Made by a program: the position numbers and the translations under genes
In this document: piece by piece, positions 1 to 8,134 of the stretch
How the letters are laid out: each line of letters starts with the position of its first letter
Position numbering within the stretch: position 1 is the first letter of the stretch
The notes under the pieces: generated by a model
Seen by the model: the letters and a program-made list of their open reading frames with translations, nothing else
Told to the model about the DNA's origin: nothing
Databases searched by the model: none
Assembly: GCA_045546375.1 (NCBI GenBank)
Contig: JAZQCR010000031.1
Span: forward strand, 1-58,071
DNA length: 58,071 bases
Direction of reading: 5' to 3'
From: Eubacteriales bacterium
GTDB taxonomy: Bacteria > Bacillota > Clostridia > Oscillospirales > CAG-272

Positions 1-90
1 CCGAGGCACCCACCGAGGCACCCACCGAGGCACCTACCGAGGCGCCTACCGAGGCACCCACCGAGGCGCCCACCGAGGCACCTACAGAGG
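1..90 (+). repeat. 12-bp coding tandem repeat (ACCGAGGCRCCY) encoding a (T-E-A-P)n linker
   Basis: About 7 copies of acc gag gca/gcg ccc/cct, in frame with the ORF at 120; variation is at third codon positions. Confidence 0.9.
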
Positions 91-671
91 TACTTGGCAC
101 AGATCCCGCCGCGTGGAATATGATACTTGTAAACCCTTGGAATTTCATTCCCGAGGACTATTCAGTTGATCTTGCGGAGTTAGGCGGCGGACACTATATA
201 GACGTTCGCGCCTACGACGAGCTGCAGGATATGCTCACTGCGGCGCAGGCCGCAGGCGTATACCCTAAGGTGATCTCCTCCTATCGATTCCACGGTACTC
301 AGGAGTACTTATACTGGAATAAGGTAGAGGAGTGGCGCAATAAGGTGGATGACGAGGCAGAGGCACAGCGACAGGCCGGTATGTGGGTAGCGTATCCGGG
401 TACCAGCGAGCATCAGCTGGGTCTTGCCCTCGATATAGTGGATACCAATTACCGTGAACTTGACTGGTCTCAGGAGAATACCGAAGCACAGAAATGGCTT
501 ATGGCGAACTCTTATAAATACGGCTTTATTCTCCGTTATCCTTCTGATAAGTCAGAGATAACCGGTATCAATTACGAGCCGTGGCACTACCGCTACGTAG
601 GTAAAGCGGCGGCAAAGGAGATCTATGATCTCGGCATTTGTCTTGAGGAATATCTGGAGCTGAAAAAGTGA
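3..671 (+). CDS. M15B family D-alanyl-D-alanine carboxypeptidase (VanY-like), 5' end outside window, with TEAP linker
   Basis: SSYR, SEHQLGLALD (SxHxxGxAxD) and YEPWHYRYVG motifs; frame open from position 3. Confidence 0.88.
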   Translation, partial: EAPTEAPTEAPTEAPTEAPTEAPTEAPTEVLGTDPAAWNMILVNPWNFIPEDYSVDLAELGGGHYIDVRAYDELQDMLTAAQAAGVYPKVISSYRFHGTQEYLYWNKVEEWRNKVDDEAEAQRQAGMWVAYPGTSEHQLGLALDIVDTNYRELDWSQENTEAQKWLMANSYKYGFILRYPSDKSEITGINYEPWHYRYVGKAAAKEIYDLGICLEEYLELKK

Positions 672-1363
672 AGGTAAAGCTCACCGAGTATACAATACAA
701 GCGAATATTCCGAAGGAGATCACTTTCGCCTACGTTTCCGACCTGCACGGGTGTGATAATACGCCCGTAATTGAGCTGATAAACAGTATACAGCCCGACG
801 GAGTCCTCGTTGGCGGCGATTTTATCCACAATAACACCGTATGGCGAGAGGGAAAAGAGTTTTTGCGCCTGTCGGCTGAGCGGTATCCTACCTTTTGCGT
901 GAAGGGTAATCACGAGCTGCGTTATCGGGGCGACCTTTATACTCTTGTGAAGGAGAGCGGCGCCGTCCTTCTTGATAATTCTTCTGCAGAATTTATGGGT
1001 ATCCATATCGGCGGGCTTACCTCCGTTTGCTATGATCCGAATGCCATACCGAATACAGAGTGGTTGGCCGAATTTTCAGTCAAAGAAGGATACAAGCTGC
1101 TTCTTTGCCATCATCCCGAGTATTTTGATAAGTATATTAAGGATACAACCATAGACCTGACCCTTTCGGGTCACGCCCACGGCGGACAGTGGCGCGCCTT
1201 CGGACGAGGTCTGTACTCTCCCGGGCAGGGAATATTCCCGAAATACACCTCGGGGCTATACCACGGACGCCTTTTGGTAGGCAGAGGCCTCGGTAACCCT
1301 CATCCTGTCCCGAGGATAAATAATTCATTTGAAGTAATAGCCGTGAGGCTGAGACGCTCATGA
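668..1363 (+). CDS. Calcineurin-like metallophosphoesterase
   Basis: SDLH, GGDF, GNHE, CHHP and SGHAHGGQ motifs. Confidence 0.88.
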   Translation: MKVKLTEYTIQANIPKEITFAYVSDLHGCDNTPVIELINSIQPDGVLVGGDFIHNNTVWREGKEFLRLSAERYPTFCVKGNHELRYRGDLYTLVKESGAVLLDNSSAEFMGIHIGGLTSVCYDPNAIPNTEWLAEFSVKEGYKLLLCHHPEYFDKYIKDTTIDLTLSGHAHGGQWRAFGRGLYSPGQGIFPKYTSGLYHGRLLVGRGLGNPHPVPRINNSFEVIAVRLRRS

Positions 1364-2007
1364 TAAGAGATGTTTTGATAAATATAATGGAGTGGATAGG
1401 CACCGTGGCGTTCTCGGTTTCGGGGGCGCTGGTGGCGGTGGGCTGTTCCCTTGACCTTTTCGGGGTGATCATCGTCGGATGCATCACGGCTGTAGGCGGC
1501 GGTATGATACGCGACCTGCTTCTCGGGCGCACACCACCACAGGTGTTTTACAATCCTCTGATACTGACGGTGGCCGTGGTCACCACCCTCGCAGTATTCG
1601 TGGTGGCTTACATAAGACACAGCAAATTCACGGTTATGCGCGAGAGGGTAGAGAGGATAAATAACCTTTTTGATGCTCTCGGACTTGCCGCCTTTTCGGT
1701 GACGGGTGTAGGCGTGGCGCTGAACGGCGGCCATAACAGCGCTCTGATCGCCATCACCATGGGCGTGCTCACGGGTGTTGGCGGAGGAGTGCTCCGCGAC
1801 GTGCTGGTAAATGAGAAGCCCTATATCTTCACCAAGCATATATACGCCGTGGCGTCCATCATCGGCAGCAGCATATACTACCTGTGCGCTACTTATACCG
1901 ATCACGAGCTGGCGGGCACCTTCGCCTCTGTGGGCGTCACCATACTGATAAGACTGCTTGCGGCGAAATACCGCTGGGAGCTGCCCAAAATAGACTTGAA
2001 TAAATAA
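1360..2007 (+). CDS. Trimeric intracellular cation channel family (UPF0126/YadS-like) membrane protein
   Basis: Two repeats ending GGGMIRDLL and GGGVLRDVL; DALGLAAF motif. Confidence 0.85.
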   Translation: MIRDVLINIMEWIGTVAFSVSGALVAVGCSLDLFGVIIVGCITAVGGGMIRDLLLGRTPPQVFYNPLILTVAVVTTLAVFVVAYIRHSKFTVMRERVERINNLFDALGLAAFSVTGVGVALNGGHNSALIAITMGVLTGVGGGVLRDVLVNEKPYIFTKHIYAVASIIGSSIYYLCATYTDHELAGTFASVGVTILIRLLAAKYRWELPKIDLNK

Positions 2008-2038
2008 AATGCTGTGACCTTCACAGCATTTTATTTTT
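2002..2038 (+). terminator. Intrinsic terminator
   Basis: aaataaaatgctgtga-cct-tcacagcattttattt hairpin with T-rich tail. Confidence 0.75.
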
Positions 2039-2067
2039 GTCATTCTTCGGCTTACAATTGTTATGCA

Positions 2068-2129
2068 AATATAAATTTATCGTGTTACGATAAATTTATA
2101 TTGACTTACGTTAATATATGTGCTATACT
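2068..2129 (+). promoter_or_regulatory. Perfect 16-bp inverted repeat operator overlapping a sigma-A promoter
   Basis: aatataaatttatcgt-gtt-acgataaatttatatt (2068-2102); TTGACT(2101)-17-TATACT(2124) with TG extension. Confidence 0.8.
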
Positions 2130-2160
2130 GCAGACAGAAAAAGGAAAAGGAGATAGCATA

Positions 2161-2640
2161 ATGAATCAAAAAAGTCTCTCGATATGGATGAAGGTAATAC
2201 TCGCTGCTATGGGCATCTTCGGTATAGCCTTATTCGGCCTTGCCGTGCCCGCCAAGGCCATGGAGTTTATGGGTAGGAGCGCCGCCTTCGAGCCCTATTA
2301 TATCCCATGGATAGCTCTTATATGGCTGACGGCTATCCCCTGCTATGCAGTGCTGATCTTAGGCTGGCGTATAGCGGGCAACATAGGCAGAGACCGCTCC
2401 TTCTGTCATGAGAACGCATCCTACCTCAAGTGGGTATCCTACCTGGCGGCGGGGGATTCTGCACTGTTATTCACAGGCAGTATGCTCATGCTGCTCTTCG
2501 GACTTGACAGGCTCTGGATGCTCTTCACCTGCTTCGTAGCGGTGTTTGCGGGTATCGCCATCTCGGCGGCCGCCGCCATCCTCTCGCATCTGGTGGCGAA
2601 GGCGGCGCTCCTGCAGGAAGAAAGCGATCTGACTATATAG
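2161..2640 (+). CDS. DUF2975 family membrane protein
   Basis: RBS aggag before ATG 2161; 4 TM segments; C-terminal 'KAALLQEESDLTI'; followed by an XRE gene. Confidence 0.8.
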   Translation: MNQKSLSIWMKVILAAMGIFGIALFGLAVPAKAMEFMGRSAAFEPYYIPWIALIWLTAIPCYAVLILGWRIAGNIGRDRSFCHENASYLKWVSYLAAGDSALLFTGSMLMLLFGLDRLWMLFTCFVAVFAGIAISAAAAILSHLVAKAALLQEESDLTI

Positions 2641-2649
2641 GAGGCAGAG

Positions 2650-2862
2650 ATGGAAGGCGAAATCATTTTCAATATAGACGTAATGCTTGCCAAAAGAAAG
2701 ATGAGCGTCACCGAGCTTGCGGATAAGGTGGGCATCACCCTTGCCAATATGTCCGTCTTAAAGAACGGCAAGGCAAAGGCGCTGAAGCTCTCTACCCTGG
2801 TGAAGCTCTGCGAGGCTCTCGATTGCCAGCCCGGGGATATCCTCGAGTATAGAAAGGAATAG
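2650..2862 (+). CDS. XRE/YozG-like helix-turn-helix transcriptional regulator
   Basis: LAKRKMSVTELADKVGITLANMSVLKNGKAK...LDCQPGDILEY signature. Confidence 0.9.
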   Translation: MEGEIIFNIDVMLAKRKMSVTELADKVGITLANMSVLKNGKAKALKLSTLVKLCEALDCQPGDILEYRKE

Positions 2863-2864
2863 AT

Positions 2865-3539
2865 ATGTCCAAACGTGAACAAAAGAGTCTTTCGGCTGTG
2901 TTTTCATCCCCTCTTGCGTTGTGTAAGTGTATTTATGCCACTCTTTGCTGTGTTTATTATCCGTTGTGTCTTTTGACCGACTCGGCTGTCGGTGAATTTC
3001 AAAACGTGATCTTACTTGTCTTTTTTGTTATGCCGCTGTGTCTTTTGCCCGCGGTTATGATAGTGATAGGCGGATGGATCACTTATTTTGCCAAAAAGCG
3101 GGAAAACGCCTTCAGAGTCGGATTATCTATGGATATACTCGGCAGGATAGCGGGGTGTCTTATGATGGCTTACATAGTAGCCGGCATCATATTCGCGTGC
3201 TTTACCGAGTTATTCTATTTATGCATACCGCTGGCGGTGGTGGGAATATCGGTCATAGTCTGCAATATCGCCGTGTGCGTATTGGAGTACAGATTACGCG
3301 CTCTCACAACCGGATGGGAAGAGATAAACTATTCGGCTAAGTGGCTGACGGCCACCCGCGTGTGCTCCGTCATATCGGCGGTGTTTTACTTGGGGATTTC
3401 CTTTATATTTAAAGGCGACGGTTCACCCCTATGGTGCTTCGCCGCCTGCCTTACCGCACTTCAGTTTTGCGGTATAGAGCCTTTTACACCCTTTTTGCTT
3501 GGGAGATATAAAAGTACGTCTGACTTGAGAAAGGCATGA
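2865..3539 (+). CDS. Hypothetical multi-pass membrane protein
   Basis: RBS aagga; about 6 hydrophobic segments; no recognised motif. Confidence 0.65.
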   Translation: MSKREQKSLSAVFSSPLALCKCIYATLCCVYYPLCLLTDSAVGEFQNVILLVFFVMPLCLLPAVMIVIGGWITYFAKKRENAFRVGLSMDILGRIAGCLMMAYIVAGIIFACFTELFYLCIPLAVVGISVIVCNIAVCVLEYRLRALTTGWEEINYSAKWLTATRVCSVISAVFYLGISFIFKGDGSPLWCFAACLTALQFCGIEPFTPFLLGRYKSTSDLRKA

Positions 3540-3546
3540 TGAGAAA

Positions 3547-4257
3547 ATGTTAGCGATGAAACGTATTTTGGAAACAGTAAAAAGCAAATTCACGTTAATA
3601 TATGCATTAGTGTTAATGGTATTTGCGGTTATCTTTGGCGGCAATCAAAGTAACTCGGACTTTGCTTTTAGAACCTGGTGGGTTGCCTTCGGCGAGGTAG
3701 AATATGTCATACAGCTCGTATTAATTGTTTTTAACGTCGTTTTGCTATATCTGTCGGAGGTAAGCGTGGCAAGAGGTCTTTTACTTTTTGATGTAGTTTT
3801 CATCTCCATTTTTCAGCAAAATGTGTGGATGACCCTTGCGGTATTGCTTGTTGTGGGTATTGCTTTTGCCGTGATGAAGCGCATACCGGTCAGCCGTGTG
3901 CGTTCAGCCATTGCGGTCCAGCTCGTCGCGTGTCTGATGATTACGGCATTGGTAAGCGTCATTTGTAATGAACTGACCGTAGGCAAAGAGTTTTTCCGCA
4001 GTTATTCCAGCCCTGACGGAGAATACGTCATCATCACAAACGAGTGGAATGGTATAGCGGGCGAGGATTCGTCGTATTTTGTGTGCAGTAGCGGTGACGA
4101 TGTATATTTACTCTATTTCCGTTTGCAAAAAAACGAGGTGGAGAAATATTATTTCGATATCGGCGATGACGTGCGGGTGGAGTGGCTGAGCAATACACAG
4201 TTTAAGGTGGGCGATACCGTCTATCAGGTGCCATCAGAGATAAAAGAAAAGCCGTAG
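3547..4257 (+). CDS. Membrane protein with C-terminal DUF5412-like domain
   Basis: N-terminal TM helices; C-terminal SPDGEY...VEWLSNT resembles the 4708 protein. Confidence 0.6.
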   Translation: MLAMKRILETVKSKFTLIYALVLMVFAVIFGGNQSNSDFAFRTWWVAFGEVEYVIQLVLIVFNVVLLYLSEVSVARGLLLFDVVFISIFQQNVWMTLAVLLVVGIAFAVMKRIPVSRVRSAIAVQLVACLMITALVSVICNELTVGKEFFRSYSSPDGEYVIITNEWNGIAGEDSSYFVCSSGDDVYLLYFRLQKNEVEKYYFDIGDDVRVEWLSNTQFKVGDTVYQVPSEIKEKP

Positions 4258-4320
4258 GCGAAATCATCACTATATTGAACGTATGAATTCCGTGATATTA
4301 TGAACGGCAATATCAAACCC

Positions 4321-4633
4321 GTAGGGGAGGGGTCTCCCCCTTTCGTATCAAAGGATAAAGTAGTAACAGTATAACTATCGAAAAGCTTCATCCACTATTT
4401 TGCTGCGCAAAACGGTCCCCCTCGTCCAACAGAGAAGGTGCGCGCTCCCGCGATATTTCTGTGATAATCCAATCGGCAAGCGCTATCCCGCACCTCCCCC
4501 GAAGAGCGGTGGGAGGGGGACCAACCGTCAGGTTGGTGGAAGGGGCTGATACAAACATCCGTAATTATTTGAGCAGTTTCTCTCCTTCCGTCATTCACTG
4601 TATTCGTGCCACCTTCCTCATCAGAGGAAGGCA
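4321..4633. repeat. Cluster of REP-like palindromic elements
   Basis: gtaggggaggggtctccccc (4321); inverted units 4386-4438 and 4493-4546 sharing GAGGGGGACC; gccaccttcctcatcagaggaaggc (~4608-4632). Confidence 0.6.
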
Positions 4634-4707
4634 GCGTATTTTTCCTTATCCAAATAGAGAGGGAATCGTGGCAGGAGGAGCGAGTCAAATAATAAGGAGT
4701 GTAACTG

Positions 4708-5067
4708 ATGAAAAAAACAATCGTTCTAATATTGATCATACTGTGTTTTGCCTTTTTACAGGGGTGTATCGGCCGTAACGTGCCTCTGTCAGAGTATAGC
4801 GGTGGCGAGTTTTTATCCTCGTCGGATTCCCCCGACGGAAAATATACCGTGAACGCATACATCTACCGCGGCAGTGCCACAGAGGCAGAAACAGTCCGTG
4901 CTGAGTTGGTTGACAATGATAGCGGTACGCAGAAGAATATATATTTGAAATACCGTGAGCAAAGTGCTCGCTGCGAATGGCTTGATAATACTACGGTGGC
5001 AATAAACGGTATAGAGCTCGACGTTAGGAGTGATACTTATGACTGGCGCCGGGATAAAACCGATTGA
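4708..5067 (+). CDS. DUF5412-like lipoprotein
   Basis: RBS aaggag; lipobox LQGC; SPDGKYTVNAY...VRAEL...NIY...WLDNTTVAING. Confidence 0.7.
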   Translation: MKKTIVLILIILCFAFLQGCIGRNVPLSEYSGGEFLSSSDSPDGKYTVNAYIYRGSATEAETVRAELVDNDSGTQKNIYLKYREQSARCEWLDNTTVAINGIELDVRSDTYDWRRDKTD

Positions 5068-5083
5068 CTCATATCCCCAAAAA

Positions 5084-5110
5084 AAGGAACCGTGCTTTGC
5101 ACGGTTCTTT
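5084..5110. terminator. Probable bidirectional terminator
   Basis: aaggaaccgtgc-ttt-gcacggttcttt with A-run upstream. Confidence 0.6.
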
Positions 5111-5117
5111 CGGTAAT

Positions 5118-5264
5118 CTATTCAACTTTTACAGTATCTAACATAGGCAGTGATATCTGCACGCAGAAGTATTCGCCCTCCTCGTAGAAGTCGAGCAGTC
5201 CCGAGTACTTCTCGAGGATCTGCCGCATCCTATTTATACCGAGGCCGTGACCGCCTTCCTTCCG
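5118..5264 (-). pseudogene. C-terminal remnant of a GHKL (AgrC/VirS-like) sensor histidine kinase
   Basis: Minus strand reads RKEGGHGLGINRMRQILEKYSGLLDFYEEGEYFCVQISLP...stop; in-frame stop just upstream, no N-terminal part. Confidence 0.7.
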
Positions 5265-5272
5265 ATATATAG

Positions 5273-5301
5273 ATTATATCATTTGTTGGAGCTTTAAGCA
5301 A
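5273..5301 (-). promoter_or_regulatory. Sigma-A promoter directly upstream of the kinase remnant
   Basis: Minus strand TTGCTT-17 bp-TATAAT with TG extension. Confidence 0.6.
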
Positions 5302-5318
5302 CCTTGCAGGGGACACCA

Positions 5319-5347
5319 TGCACCATAAAATACGCATTTTGCACCAC
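5319..5347 (+). promoter_or_regulatory. TGCACCA direct repeats at 21-bp period (LytTR-type site candidate)
   Basis: tgcacca at 5319 and 5340, just upstream of TGATATACT (5371-5379). Confidence 0.4.
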
Positions 5348-5427
5348 TTTTGGTTTTGCTTTCATTTATGTGATATACTTTTGATAACAAGGAGTCAAAA
5401 TACATAAAAAGTCACGGTGGTGCATCC

Positions 5428-5643
5428 CTATTTCGTGTTTTCTTCGTCGGTGATACCTATGATGTAGTCGGCGGAAAGGTCGTAAAAGGCGCAGAGCTTG
5501 GCGAGATCCTCTATCTTCAGCTCCGCTCTGCCCATCTCGATGTGGTTGTACCCCTGCTGTGATTTCTGCAGGACCTTTGCCACCTCCGCTTGAGTCAGAT
5601 CGCGGTCTTCTCTTATATTTCGCAGCCTTTTTCTGTAGTCCAT
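5428..5643 (-). CDS. XRE family HTH regulator (repressor-like)
   Basis: RBS aggag; RLRNIREDRDLTQAEVAKVL...LSADYIIG. Confidence 0.85.
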   Translation of the reverse strand: MDYRKRLRNIREDRDLTQAEVAKVLQKSQQGYNHIEMGRAELKIEDLAKLCAFYDLSADYIIGITDEENTK

Positions 5644-5687
5644 AGTCACACTCCTTTGACGTTCATATTTATGTGTTAATTGTACTT

Positions 5688-5733
5688 TACTCATAGTGTG
5701 AGTATTGACAAATACTCAAAGATTGAGTATAAT
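5688..5733 (+). promoter_or_regulatory. Consensus promoter with two TACTCA-N5-TGAGTA operators
   Basis: Palindromes 5688-5704 and 5713-5729; TTGACA(5705)-17-TATAAT(5728). Confidence 0.85.
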
Positions 5734-5821
5734 TGGCGTAATGGAGAAAATTTTCTCGAAAGCCAAACCTTTTAGGCGTTTTTGCTGTCTATAGTATAGA
5801 GCGGATGTGATCGGGTGATAT

Positions 5822-6040
5822 ATGAAGGACTTAAGCATAGTTTTAGGAGAAAATATACAGCTTTACCGCAAGCGTTCGGGGCTGACCCAGCGCAGCTTGG
5901 CAAGGGAATTAGGCGTTACCTATCAAGCCATCTCCAAGTGGGAGAGGGGTAGGAGCACGCCGGATATATCCTTGCTTCCAGAGCTGGCGCGTATTTTCGG
6001 GTGCAGTATAGACGAGCTTTTCGCTTGTGAATACTCTTAG
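5822..6040 (+). CDS. XRE family HTH regulator
   Basis: RKRSGLTQRSLARELGVTYQAISKWERGRSTPDISLLPELARIF. Confidence 0.88.
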   Translation: MKDLSIVLGENIQLYRKRSGLTQRSLARELGVTYQAISKWERGRSTPDISLLPELARIFGCSIDELFACEYS

Positions 6041-6272
6041 AAATAATTAACGTAATGATAAAATCTGTAGGGGTGACCGTCGGTCTTAATACGTTATAAC
6101 AAATCTCTATTTTTCTCTCTTTTTGGCCCCTCGCCCCTGCAGTTTTTTCTTATTAAAGCGGAGCACTGCGTGTTCGAGTTAATTGGAAATGCTCTGCTTT
6201 AGCGGATTTTTTCGTTGCAATTCGTAAGAATTGATGATATAATTATATAACCAAACAGAAAGGAAGAAAGAA

Positions 6273-8045
6273 ATGAAGAATTTATGCAAGAGTCTGTTAG
6301 CCATACTGCTTGCCTGCGCCATGCTGATACCCGGTGTGGTAGTCATGGCAGACGAGGAGAGGCTGCCAGTGGACTTCACTGACGTGGATACGGACGACTG
6401 GTTCGCCTTTTACGTTGACTATTGCAGTAAGAACGGTCTGGTGAACGGAATGACCGAGACCACCTTTGAGCCGAACACCGCTCTATCCCGCGCTATGTTC
6501 GTCACCCTCCTATATCGCTTCCAGGAGGCGAAGGCTACCGAGGGGGCGCAGATGCCCTTTACCGACGTGACAGATGGCCACTGGGGAAGGGACGCTATCC
6601 TATGGGCTTATGAGAACGAGATAGTCAACGGCATGACTCCCACCACCTTCCAGCCCGATGCTAAGATCACTCGTGAGCAGATGTGCACCATACTCTGCCG
6701 CTTTGCTGACGGTATGGGGTACGCTATGCCTGAGGCGGATCATACCTCACCCTTTATTGACGAGGATGAGATCGCAGAGTTTGCCTACGACTACGTGTAT
6801 ATATGCTACGCCGCAGGCATCGTAAACGGTATCACCGAGGATAGCTTCGGCCCGAGGCAGAATGCGACCAGAGCTCAGGCGTGCACCATCCTAAAAAGAT
6901 TTATCAACTTCGCTACCTCTGAGTATACCGAGTGGGAGGAAGAGAACGGTAAGGTGAGCTTCGAGTACACCGATAAGTACGGTGTATACGCGGAGGGCTA
7001 TACCTTAAGCGATGAGGACGGAAACGTCACGGAGTACTATTACGGTGACTATGAGGGCTTCTGGTGTCAGTCCCGTTATCAGTATGACGCTAACGGGAAT
7101 ATGACTCGAGACAGCTACGTAGAGTGCCGTGTGGATGACGTGTTCAAATACACTGAGAATTATACCTATGACGAGGACGGTAACCTCCTGAAGACCGAGT
7201 ATTCCGACTCGGACGGATACGAGTATACCGAAGCTCGCAGCTATGACGAGAAGGGCGAGCTGATCAAGCGTGAATATGAGGACGGCTACGGTTATACGGA
7301 GACTGAAAAATGGACGTATAATGATGACGGTAAGCTGACCGAGTATATAAACGAGTTGGGATACGGTGAGTACTCCGAGGTAGTACGCAGACTGAGAAAC
7401 TCCTACGATTCCTTCGGCAACCCCGTGCAGTCGGTGGTCGAGGAGGACGGCCTGGAGGTTCTGTCTGTTGACTACGGCTTCAGCAGGGATGCGCAGACCG
7501 GCATCTCCCATATGGCCAGCGCATACATCACCGTCGAAGGTACGAACATCATACAGGTACTGACGGGCGGACATGACGAGGACGGCAGAATAACCAAGTA
7601 TTCTATTATCGAGGAAGGTAACGTCATCTCGGTGGAGCAGGGCTTCGTCGACGGCGCGCTGAGAGAGGTCAAGTATACTGTGGGAAGCGAGGACGGAGAC
7701 TTGACCATGGTCTTCGGCTATGACGAGCTCGGCGCGGTATCAGACATGTGCTTGAATCAGGGGGATAATACCCTGTCCGTACCCGAGGGCACCTTCACCG
7801 GTCCCGACGGTGTGCCCGAGAGCTTCACTATGGCTTCGGACGGTGTAGAGTACACTGCCACCGTGGACTATGGGGCAGGCACCGTCACCGTTAGCGACGG
7901 CACGACTACCGAACAGTTAGACGAGGAGGCGGCGGGAGCTATCATGTTTTCACTGGTACTGCTTCACGGCGTGTGCTCAGAGTATGAGGAGTTTACCTCC
8001 TACTCCATCATCGACGCTATATCGGAATATCCGATAGTATTGTAA
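6273..8045 (+). CDS. S-layer homology (SLH x3) protein with YD-like repeats, paralog 1
   Basis: Signal peptide; FTDV...GLVNG...F.PN..SRA SLH motifs; YDANGN/YDEDGN/YDEKG repeats. Confidence 0.85.
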   Translation: MKNLCKSLLAILLACAMLIPGVVVMADEERLPVDFTDVDTDDWFAFYVDYCSKNGLVNGMTETTFEPNTALSRAMFVTLLYRFQEAKATEGAQMPFTDVTDGHWGRDAILWAYENEIVNGMTPTTFQPDAKITREQMCTILCRFADGMGYAMPEADHTSPFIDEDEIAEFAYDYVYICYAAGIVNGITEDSFGPRQNATRAQACTILKRFINFATSEYTEWEEENGKVSFEYTDKYGVYAEGYTLSDEDGNVTEYYYGDYEGFWCQSRYQYDANGNMTRDSYVECRVDDVFKYTENYTYDEDGNLLKTEYSDSDGYEYTEARSYDEKGELIKREYEDGYGYTETEKWTYNDDGKLTEYINELGYGEYSEVVRRLRNSYDSFGNPVQSVVEEDGLEVLSVDYGFSRDAQTGISHMASAYITVEGTNIIQVLTGGHDEDGRITKYSIIEEGNVISVEQGFVDGALREVKYTVGSEDGDLTMVFGYDELGAVSDMCLNQGDNTLSVPEGTFTGPDGVPESFTMASDGVEYTATVDYGAGTVTVSDGTTTEQLDEEAAGAIMFSLVLLHGVCSEYEEFTSYSIIDAISEYPIVL

Positions 8046-8047
8046 AG

Positions 8048-8074
8048 AAAAACTCCGCCTTGGCGGAGTTTTTT
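8048..8074 (+). terminator. Intrinsic terminator
   Basis: aaaaactccgcc-tt-ggcggagtttttt. Confidence 0.8.
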
Positions 8075-8134
8075 CGTTGCAATCCGTGAGAATTGATGAT
8101 ATAATTATCTCACCAAGCAGAAAGGAAAAAAGAA

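Noticed and set aside
1-90. Tandem repeat as a CRISPR array
   Set aside because: 12-bp contiguous units with no spacers, in frame as TEAP; no cas genes in the window.
3-671. vanY vancomycin-resistance gene
   Set aside because: M15B motifs only; no vanH/A/X/R/S genes downstream, so more likely a housekeeping carboxypeptidase.
4395-4862. ORFs 4395-4862 (-) and 4461-4778 (+)
   Set aside because: They run through palindromic repeats and overlap the lipoprotein gene; the translations look non-coding.
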